This document shows, in pieces, positions 47,992 to 55,917 of a stretch of 64,000 nucleotides of DNA. Where the stretch lies: positions 1,464-65,463 of the forward strand of contig PFRZ01000009.1 in NCBI GenBank assembly GCA_002788805.1, read 5' to 3'. The notes below the pieces were generated by a model. That model worked only from the letters and a program-made list of their open reading frames with translations. It was not told the origin of the DNA and ran no database searches. This DNA comes from Candidatus Roizmanbacteria bacterium CG_4_9_14_0_2_um_filter_35_15 (GTDB lineage Bacteria; Patescibacteriota; Microgenomatia; UBA1406; GWC2-37-13). Within the stretch, counting starts at the first letter, position 1. Every line of letters starts with the position of its first letter. Position numbers and translations under genes: made by a program.

Positions 47992-49923
47992 ATGTTTTCT
48001 TTTTTAAAAACTAAAAAAGACAGTCAGGAAAAATATTTAGGACTATTTCTTAAAGAGGAAGAAGGAATTTTAATGGTGATGCAAAAGGTTAATTCAGAGA
48101 TGGTGATGATTGAAAAAGAGAGATTTAATTATTCCAATGGTTGGGAAAATCTTAGTGAAGACATCGATGATCTTCTCTTTCGTCTGGAAAAGAAAATAGG
48201 CAGTCAGATATCAAAAACGATTTTTTTTGTTTATTCTCATCTTGTTGATGAGAAAATTGGTGATATAAAAAAACTCTATTTACAGAAAATTAAAGAGTTT
48301 TCAAAAAATCTTGAACTCGAACCAATAGGTTATATTGAATGTTATGAAGCTGTTTTAGCCTATTTAGAAAAAAAAGAAGAGGTGCCTTTAACCGCTTTGA
48401 TTTTAGAATTAGACACGACTGAATTTACACTTTTTATTTATAAAGGAGGAAAACTTTCCCATAAAAAAAACATTAGTAGAACTGATAATCTCATCGATGA
48501 TTTAACAAAAGAATTAGAAGAATATAAGGGAAGACAGATGTTGCCGGCGAGAATAATTCTCTATAACTCAAAAGATCTTGATCAAGAAGCGACAAAAATT
48601 ATTTCTCATCGTTGGGGAGAAGAGTATTTTGTCCAAATACCTCGCATTAATATTATTAAAGAAGAAGAGATTAATGTTGCTTTGATTAAGATATTTAATG
48701 AGCAGATAGGTGGTAAGACGGTTCAGGAGAATCAAAAAGTAATGGGGTTTGTTATTAATGAGGATGTCGAAGAAAAAAAAACAGTAGCTAAAAATCATTT
48801 ATTATTAGCAAAACAGTTAATAGGAAAGATACCAAAAATAAAGTATTGGACACCGATTATCGGAGCTTTTATGATTATTTTTAGTCTTTTTTTAAACGAA
48901 TATTTTTTCCATCAGGCTGATCTTTTAATCTACCTTCCTTTCTATACGGTAAAGAAAGAGTTAATTTTGGACATTCCTTTTAAGATAGCTACTGAGACAG
49001 CCCAGTTTTCCGAAACAATTGCGACCACTGGTCAAAAGGATATCGGTGATGCGGCTAAAGGCGAGGTAACAGTTCATAACTTTGATGACAAAGAAAAAGC
49101 TTTTAACAAAGGAACAGTTTTAACAACAAATAATATTCAGTTTATTTTAGATTCAGATGTTAAAGTAGCTTCGTCCACCATTGCTGCCGACGGTTCTGCT
49201 AAACTGCCAGGCAAAAGCAAGGCGGCGATCACCGCTTTAAATATTGGTCCTCAAGGCAATCTAGCTAAAGATCAGAGGTTTAAAATTGACGACTTATCTT
49301 CCTCAACTTTTTTTGCGATTAATGAAGCGGCGTTAACCGGAGGATCAAAAAAAGAAGTAAGGACGGTAGCGAAAAAAGACTATGACCAATTAACTAATTT
49401 AGTTTTGGAAAAAGCAAAAAAACAAGAACAAAAACAGTCCGAATTAAAGTCATTTGAAGCAGTCAGTGACTTTTCTCAGGTTAAACTTGATCAACCTTCG
49501 TTTTCCAAAGAACTAGGTGAAGAAGGAGATAAACTTAGCTTAAAAACCAATGTGTTAACGACTTTTTACGCCTATGCTAAAAATAGCATCTTAGCCGGTA
49601 TTAGCAAAGAATTAACGCCGGAAGTTAAAAACGGTTTTAATCTAGAGAAACAAGGAATAAGTTATAATAATAAAAAAGTGATTATTAAAGATAATCGTTT
49701 CGAAATAACCACCTCGGTAAAGGCAAAGATAACAAAACAGATTAAAAAAGAAGAAATTGTTAAATTAGTCTTAGGAAGAAACAAAAACAACCTTTCAGAA
49801 CTTCTTAAAGAAAAATTTAATATTGAAGGTTATGACCTAAAAATTAGAGAGCCGCTGCCAATGATCAAAGATTATCTGCCAGTTTTTAATAAAAATATCT
49901 TTATTAAATTATCCAGTCTTTAA
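47992..49923 (+). CDS. Hypothetical membrane protein with probable baseplate-J-like C-terminal region
   Basis: Central TM; C-terminal A.GEVTVHN, GTVL, GPQGNL, LTGGS patterns. Confidence 0.5.
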   Translation: MFSFLKTKKDSQEKYLGLFLKEEEGILMVMQKVNSEMVMIEKERFNYSNGWENLSEDIDDLLFRLEKKIGSQISKTIFFVYSHLVDEKIGDIKKLYLQKIKEFSKNLELEPIGYIECYEAVLAYLEKKEEVPLTALILELDTTEFTLFIYKGGKLSHKKNISRTDNLIDDLTKELEEYKGRQMLPARIILYNSKDLDQEATKIISHRWGEEYFVQIPRINIIKEEEINVALIKIFNEQIGGKTVQENQKVMGFVINEDVEEKKTVAKNHLLLAKQLIGKIPKIKYWTPIIGAFMIIFSLFLNEYFFHQADLLIYLPFYTVKKELILDIPFKIATETAQFSETIATTGQKDIGDAAKGEVTVHNFDDKEKAFNKGTVLTTNNIQFILDSDVKVASSTIAADGSAKLPGKSKAAITALNIGPQGNLAKDQRFKIDDLSSSTFFAINEAALTGGSKKEVRTVAKKDYDQLTNLVLEKAKKQEQKQSELKSFEAVSDFSQVKLDQPSFSKELGEEGDKLSLKTNVLTTFYAYAKNSILAGISKELTPEVKNGFNLEKQGISYNNKKVIIKDNRFEITTSVKAKITKQIKKEEIVKLVLGRNKNNLSELLKEKFNIEGYDLKIREPLPMIKDYLPVFNKNIFIKLSSL

Positions 49924-50661
49924 ATGGCTCTTTATACTTATAAAAAGAAAGATAATTCACCAAGAAAAAAAGCAATTAACTATTTTTCTTATCTAGCATT
50001 AGTTGTTGGCAGCTTTCTTTTATTTTGGTCTTTTTATCCGATTATTTCTTCTGAGTTATATTCTCATTTATTTCTGAAAAAAAATTTTCAAACACCAATT
50101 ACAGATAATGAAGATGCTTCCGCTTTAAATCAAGCCAACTCTATCTTAGGAATATTTAACATCTTTTCAAATAATCTAAGAGACTATACCCAGGCCAGTC
50201 TTTGGTTTCCTTCCAGACCGCAAACGAATTCTTTTTCTAATGTTAATGTTAAAGAATATTTCCTTTCCATCCCAAAATTAAATATTAGTGATGCCAAAGT
50301 AGTGGTAGGTGGCGAAGATTTAACTAAGAGTCTCATTCATTATCTACCGCAGTCTTTACCTGGCGAGTATGGTAATGTCGTCATCTTTGGTCATTCAACC
50401 TTGCGTCAATTGTATAATGTCAAAGACTATAAAACTATTTTTACCTATCTATCTTCCTTGGAGAAAGGTGACACCATTATTATCAAACTAGGAGATATCA
50501 AATATTATTATGAAGTTTTTTCCATATTAATTGTTAAACCGAGCGATGTCTCGGTCCTAGAACAAAAGAAAGATGCGTCTTACTTGACTTTAGTTACCTG
50601 CGAACCACCAGGCACTTGGTGGGAAAGATTAGTGATTAAGGCTAAATTGAAATTGCTTTAA
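49924..50661 (+). CDS. Sortase
   Basis: LSIPKL, GNVVIFGHS (His), LTLVTC (Cys), ERL (Arg); N-terminal TM. Confidence 0.93.
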   Translation: MALYTYKKKDNSPRKKAINYFSYLALVVGSFLLFWSFYPIISSELYSHLFLKKNFQTPITDNEDASALNQANSILGIFNIFSNNLRDYTQASLWFPSRPQTNSFSNVNVKEYFLSIPKLNISDAKVVVGGEDLTKSLIHYLPQSLPGEYGNVVIFGHSTLRQLYNVKDYKTIFTYLSSLEKGDTIIIKLGDIKYYYEVFSILIVKPSDVSVLEQKKDASYLTLVTCEPPGTWWERLVIKAKLKLL

Positions 50662-50688
50662 CCTATAATATTTGGTAAAATTAACTTC

Positions 50689-52803
50689 ATGATCTTTAAA
50701 TCACTATATTATTTAGTCAACTTTTTCATCACTATTGGTGAAGTAACTCAACGCCTCATCATCTTTCCTTTTCAAATACTAACGAGAGCTTTAACTATTC
50801 TGATCAGGCGCTTAAAAGCTATCAAGGTTAGACTGCCGCTGCCAGAGATATCGCTTCGGGTTAAGTATTTTATTACCGGCAGTCTGGTTACTTTAATCAT
50901 TGTTTTTGCTAATAATTCGTATCTTTTTATTAAGTCGCTGCCCTCACCTTCTAACATTGGAAAAACCAACTATCCTTTGTCGACTCATATCTATGACCGC
51001 AATGGCAAACTTTTATACGAAATTTATCATGAGCAAAATCGGACTCCGGTGAGTCTAAAAAAACTGCCAAATTATGTGGCGCAGACGACCATCGCCATTG
51101 AAGATAAAGATTTTTATCGTCATAATGGTATTGCTTTGTTTTCCGGCATTTTCCGGGCGATCAAAGAAATGATGATCCATAAAAACCTTCAAGGAGGATC
51201 AACGATTACTCAACAACTGGTCAAAGCAGCTTTACTAACTCCAGAAAGGACTTGGGAGCGAAAGATAAAAGAAATTATTTTAGCTTTATGGACAGAAAGA
51301 ATTTACACTAAAGATCAAATATTGGAGATGTATCTCAATCAAGTTCCCTATGGCGGATCAGCTTATGGAATTGAAGAGGCAGGTAAAACTTATTTTGGTA
51401 AATCAGCCAAAGATCTGACGCTCGAGCAAGCGGCTTTATTGGCGGGTTTACCTCAAGCTCCATCTCTTTATTCTCCTTATATTAATCCTAAAGCGGCTTT
51501 GGAGAGGCGAAATGAAGTACTGGAGGCGATGTATAAACAGGGATACATTAAAGAAAGCTTAAATCTCAAATCTCAAATCTCAAATCTGGAAGTAATACCA
51601 CCGAAAACAGCAATTAGGGCGCCGCACTTTGTTTTTTATACTAAATCGCAGCTGGAATCATATTTCGGCATTTCGAAGGTAGAAGAAGGCGGGTTAAAAG
51701 TCTATACGACTTTGGATTTAGATATCCAAGAACAAGCAGAACAGATCTTAAGGGAAAAACTTGATAAGATAAATTATTTAAATGTAACCAACGGAGCCAT
51801 CCTCGTCACTCGTCCATCAACCGGAGAGATTTTAGCCATGGTTGGTTCAAAAGATTACTTTGAACAGCCATATGGCGCTTTTAACGTGACGACTGCCCAA
51901 AGACAGCCTGGATCTTCAATAAAACCAATCATGTATTCTTTGGCATTACAAAAAGGTTTTACAGCGGCGACTATTCTTGATGATTCACCGGTGGTCTTTA
52001 AGATACCCGGTGCTTCACCTTATCAGCCAGTCAATTACGATGGCAAATATCACGGAAAAATTCCTTTAAGATATGCTTTAGGCAATTCTTACAATATTCC
52101 GGCTGTACGTACTTTAGAAAAAGTCGGTGTTTCTGACTTTATCGACTACGCCAGTAAAATGGGAATCAGCACTTGGCAAGATAAGTCAAGATACGGACTG
52201 TCTTTAACTTTGGGTGGTGGTGAGGTAACGATGATTGATATGGCAGAAGCTTTTGGCGTCTTAGCTAATAATGGTTATAAATTACCAGAGAGTTACTTTA
52301 CGAAGATCGAAAATAGCAATGGTCAGATTATAAGAGAATACAAGCCATTTAAAATCAAAGAGATTGACAGCGGTATCTCCTATATTATTTCCGACATTTT
52401 ATCGGATAACTTTGCCAGGCAGTGGGCTTTTGGACCCTCTTCTTCTTTGGAAATCCCTGGTTATAAAGTTGCCGTCAAGACGGGAACGACTAATGATAAA
52501 AGAGACAACTGGACCATCGGCTATACACCGGATTTTTTAGTGGTAGTTTGGGTGGGAAATAATGACAATACAGCAATGAATCCTTATCTTACTTCAGGAA
52601 TAACGGGTGCTTCACCAATTTGGAATCGGGTAATGAGTTATCTTTTGAATAATTACTCAAACGGAAGTAAATGGTATGCAAAACCTGATAGTGTCGTAGA
52701 AAAGACTTGTTATTTTGGAAGACGAGAATACTTTATTAAAGGAACAGAAACTAAAGATAGATGTAGTCAGGAAGCGTTGGCGACACCGACGCCGAAACCA
52801 TAA
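50689..52803 (+). CDS. Class A penicillin-binding protein (PBP1A family)
   Basis: EDKDF, GGSTITQQL, RKIKE, YLN; SSIK, SYN and KTG transpeptidase motifs. Confidence 0.96.
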   Translation: MIFKSLYYLVNFFITIGEVTQRLIIFPFQILTRALTILIRRLKAIKVRLPLPEISLRVKYFITGSLVTLIIVFANNSYLFIKSLPSPSNIGKTNYPLSTHIYDRNGKLLYEIYHEQNRTPVSLKKLPNYVAQTTIAIEDKDFYRHNGIALFSGIFRAIKEMMIHKNLQGGSTITQQLVKAALLTPERTWERKIKEIILALWTERIYTKDQILEMYLNQVPYGGSAYGIEEAGKTYFGKSAKDLTLEQAALLAGLPQAPSLYSPYINPKAALERRNEVLEAMYKQGYIKESLNLKSQISNLEVIPPKTAIRAPHFVFYTKSQLESYFGISKVEEGGLKVYTTLDLDIQEQAEQILREKLDKINYLNVTNGAILVTRPSTGEILAMVGSKDYFEQPYGAFNVTTAQRQPGSSIKPIMYSLALQKGFTAATILDDSPVVFKIPGASPYQPVNYDGKYHGKIPLRYALGNSYNIPAVRTLEKVGVSDFIDYASKMGISTWQDKSRYGLSLTLGGGEVTMIDMAEAFGVLANNGYKLPESYFTKIENSNGQIIREYKPFKIKEIDSGISYIISDILSDNFARQWAFGPSSSLEIPGYKVAVKTGTTNDKRDNWTIGYTPDFLVVVWVGNNDNTAMNPYLTSGITGASPIWNRVMSYLLNNYSNGSKWYAKPDSVVEKTCYFGRREYFIKGTETKDRCSQEALATPTPKP

Positions 52804-52805
52804 TT

Positions 52806-52843
52806 AGTTTATAAAGTTCATAAAGTCTATAAAGTTTATAAAG
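52806..52843 (+). repeat. Family A tandem array between the convergent PBP and serS genes
   Basis: agtttataaagttcataaagtctataaagtttataaagt. Confidence 0.8.
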
Positions 52844-54104
52844 TAGTTATTTCGTTTTTTATCTTATCAAATCCCACTAATTCTTGAAGGATTTTCGGAA
52901 TCAAAATACTGCCGTCTTTTTGCTGATAATTTTCCAGCAGGGCAATTAAGATGCGGGGTGAGGCAAGGGCGGTATTATTCAAAGAAAAACAATATTCAGT
53001 TGAGCCGTCTTTCTTCCGATATTTAATTTTCAGTCTTCTGGTTTGAAAGTCACCCATAATTGAATTAGACATAGTTTCTCCATAAGCCTGACGTGACGGC
53101 ATCCAGGTTTCTGTGTCGTATTTTTTCATCTGGGGTTCGCCCATATCTCCGGTACACATTATCATTACTCGGTAGGGAAGACCTAAATCTTGTAAAATCT
53201 CTTCGCAGTTTGCTTGCAGTTCTTCGTGAAGTTTTTTAGCTTCTTCAATATTATTTTTAGCGATAATTACCTGTTCAACCTTCCAAAATTCATGAAGCCG
53301 GTATAGACCTTTAGTATCTTTTCCATAAGCGCCTGCTTCTTTTCTGAAACAAGGAGAAAAAGCGACGAACTTTTTCGGCAGATCTTTTTCATTCAAAATT
53401 TCTCCGGAATAATATGAAGTAACTGGTTGTTCAGCTGTACCTGCCAAATAAGCGTCCTCATCATTTAATTTATAAGTATCTTGTTCGCCCCAGGGAAACT
53501 GACCGCAGCCAAAAAGAGACAAGCTTTTTATGACTGCTGGAGCAATAATTGGAAGATAATCTTTCTTAATAAGCTTGTTAAAGACATAAAAAAATAAGGC
53601 AAAGTGAAGAATCGCTGCTTCATTTTTCAAAAAATAACCTCTAAAGCCGGAAATTTTGGCGCCTCGTTCTAAGTCAATAAGATCAAGAGCTTGTCCTAAT
53701 TCGATATGAGATTTAGGTTTGAAATCGAACCGAGGAATCTTACCCCATTTTCTGATTTCTTTATTTCCAGTAGCATCTTTACTGATTGGAACTTCTGGTA
53801 ATGGGACATTTGGGACAAATGAGACTAATGAATCTAATTGGGTTTGAATTTTAGTCAGATCGTCTTCGATTTTTTTAAGTTCTTCTTTAATTTGTCTGCC
53901 TCTAACAGAACCTTCGCCGGAGTGGGGTTTACCTTGTTTAGCAAGTTTATTTCTTTCTTCACGGAGGACTTGAGCTTGTTGGATTAGTTTTCGTCTTTGA
54001 TCATCAAGAGAAAGTATTTTGTCCAAATCAACCTGGCGGCCTTTGTTTTTAGCCGCTTGTAAAACTTTTTCTTTGTTATTTCGAATAAAATCGAGAGATA
54101 GCAT
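52836..54104 (-). CDS. serS: Serine--tRNA ligase
   Basis: N-terminal coiled coil, GTAE, CFRKEAG, GLYRLHEF.KVE, LNNTALASPR. Confidence 0.97.
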   Translation of the reverse strand: MLSLDFIRNNKEKVLQAAKNKGRQVDLDKILSLDDQRRKLIQQAQVLREERNKLAKQGKPHSGEGSVRGRQIKEELKKIEDDLTKIQTQLDSLVSFVPNVPLPEVPISKDATGNKEIRKWGKIPRFDFKPKSHIELGQALDLIDLERGAKISGFRGYFLKNEAAILHFALFFYVFNKLIKKDYLPIIAPAVIKSLSLFGCGQFPWGEQDTYKLNDEDAYLAGTAEQPVTSYYSGEILNEKDLPKKFVAFSPCFRKEAGAYGKDTKGLYRLHEFWKVEQVIIAKNNIEEAKKLHEELQANCEEILQDLGLPYRVMIMCTGDMGEPQMKKYDTETWMPSRQAYGETMSNSIMGDFQTRRLKIKYRKKDGSTEYCFSLNNTALASPRILIALLENYQQKDGSILIPKILQELVGFDKIKNEITTL

Positions 54105-54114
54105 AGTTAAAATA

Positions 54115-54750
54115 TCATATCAAATCTTTAATTCTTTTTGTTAACCTTTTCAACGCCTTTAATCTATGATTAACCTGCTGGTGTTCTTCTTCAGTTAGTT
54201 CTTCATAATATTTATTAAATTTATCAACTATAAATAAACCCCGGAAAGGGTAACCATTGGTCGGGCGGCCAGTAGGTTTTTCAGCGATGTGTCCTTTGAT
54301 TTTTTCCTGTTCAAAGATAGTTTGGTCACCCTGAGGGTGTCCAGAAGGTAAATAAAACGTGACACAGGTTTCCAAATAGGCGATTCTTTTTGAGCCCGTA
54401 CAACCGCGTAGGTTGGATAGAGTATAGTTTATTAACTCTTCATCGCTGGCTTCATATCCAGGCCAACGCCGTGATTTAACTCCTGGAGCGTTATCTAAAT
54501 AGGGGATTATTAGTCCTCCGTCGTCGGCGATAGTTGGTAGGCTGGTTAGACGTCCATAAAACTTGGTTTTTATTTCGGAATTTTCTTGGAAAGTTTTTCC
54601 GGTTTCTTCTGGCTCTTTCTCCACTCCAACGTCGTTTAAGTTAAGTAGTTTTACTCCGAATCCCTCTAATTCTTTTAACCCAATCATTATTTCTTCTAAT
54701 TTAGATTGATTAGTAGTGGCAATTAAAATTTTTCTCATTGATTTTTTCAT
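54115..54750 (-). CDS. rdgB: Non-canonical purine NTP pyrophosphatase (RdgB/HAM1)
   Basis: ATTN..K..E, EETGKTF.EN, ADDGGL, PGVKSRR, NHR.KAL. Confidence 0.88.
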   Translation of the reverse strand: MKKSMRKILIATTNQSKLEEIMIGLKELEGFGVKLLNLNDVGVEKEPEETGKTFQENSEIKTKFYGRLTSLPTIADDGGLIIPYLDNAPGVKSRRWPGYEASDEELINYTLSNLRGCTGSKRIAYLETCVTFYLPSGHPQGDQTIFEQEKIKGHIAEKPTGRPTNGYPFRGLFIVDKFNKYYEELTEEEHQQVNHRLKALKRLTKRIKDLI

Positions 54751-54771
54751 AAATTTGTAATAATATTATAT

Positions 54772-55917
54772 ATGTTTTCTTCAAGAAATGGTTTCACTGG
54801 TATTACTTTTGACGACGTTCTTCTTCTGCCTGGGTATACTGATTTTGAGAGAAAGGAAATTGATCTACAGACTAATTTGACAAGGAAAATTAAATTACGA
54901 ATTCCTCTAGTTTCTTCTCCAATGGATACGGTGACTGAATCAAAGTTGGCAATAAGCTTGGCCAGCTTAGGCGGTGCCGGGGTAATTCATCGCAATCTAA
55001 CTATTAATGATCAAGCAAAAGAGGTCTTGAAAGTGAAAAGAAAGAATTTATTAGTGGGAGCGGCTATTGGCGTAAATCAAAGCCATGAAGAAAGATTGAA
55101 GGCTTTAGTTAAAGCCCAGGTTGATTTTATTGTTATCGACTCGGCTCATGGTTTTACCAAAAAGATTATTGAAACGGTGAGAAATATTAAAAAAACCTAT
55201 CCTCATCTTCAGCTCATCGCTGGTAATGTAGCCACTTATGAAGGAGCTCTAGCTTTGATTAAAGCTGGGGTTGATGGTTTAAGAGTCGGCATGGGGCCAG
55301 GTGCCATCTGTATGACGAGGATTGTCTCTGGTATGGGAGTACCTCAGATTTCTGCTATAAAAGAAACCGCCAAAGCAGGGATTAAATATAAAGTTCCAGT
55401 GATTGCCGATGGCGGCATCAAATATTCCGGAGACATAGTCAAAGCTTTAGCCGCTGGTGCTGATAGTGTGATGACAGGAAGCTTTTTTGCTTCAACGATT
55501 GAGTCGCCGGGAAAGGTCATCAAACTTAAAAGAGAACAAGTACCGAGTCGTTTCTTAAGCATTTTAAAAACAAAGCAAAATATATATATTTTTAAAGAAT
55601 ATCGAGGAATGGGTTCGGTGGGAGCGATGAAAAAAGGCGCGGAAATTAAATCCGAGGGTGAGTTTCATGGAAAAAATTATCAAGATAGAGTATTAGTGGC
55701 GGAAGGAGTGGAAGGATATGTGCCAATTAAAGGAACAGTTAAGAGTGTTGTTGATCAAGTTTTAGGCGGGATTAAATCAGGCATGTATTATGTGGGTGCG
55801 AAAAATATTAAACAACTACATCAAAAAGGCCGTTTTATTCCTATTACTCAAGCATCTTTAATAGAAAGCCATCCTCATAGCATTTTGATCAGTAACGCGG
55901 GCAGTAATTACAGCTAA
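54772..55917 (+). CDS. guaB: IMPDH/GMPR-family oxidoreductase without CBS domains
   Basis: [51 protein letters not shown]. Confidence 0.8.
   Translation: MFSSRNGFTGITFDDVLLLPGYTDFERKEIDLQTNLTRKIKLRIPLVSSPMDTVTESKLAISLASLGGAGVIHRNLTINDQAKEVLKVKRKNLLVGAAIGVNQSHEERLKALVKAQVDFIVIDSAHGFTKKIIETVRNIKKTYPHLQLIAGNVATYEGALALIKAGVDGLRVGMGPGAICMTRIVSGMGVPQISAIKETAKAGIKYKVPVIADGGIKYSGDIVKALAAGADSVMTGSFFASTIESPGKVIKLKREQVPSRFLSILKTKQNIYIFKEYRGMGSVGAMKKGAEIKSEGEFHGKNYQDRVLVAEGVEGYVPIKGTVKSVVDQVLGGIKSGMYYVGAKNIKQLHQKGRFIPITQASLIESHPHSILISNAGSNYS

Noticed and set aside
47992..49923. Prophage or contractile injection system suggested by the baseplate-J-like region
   Set aside because: No other phage structural genes; the context is cell-envelope housekeeping
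2972..52843. Short periodic repeats as a CRISPR array
   Set aside because: Units are 7-9 nt with no unique spacers, and no cas genes are present
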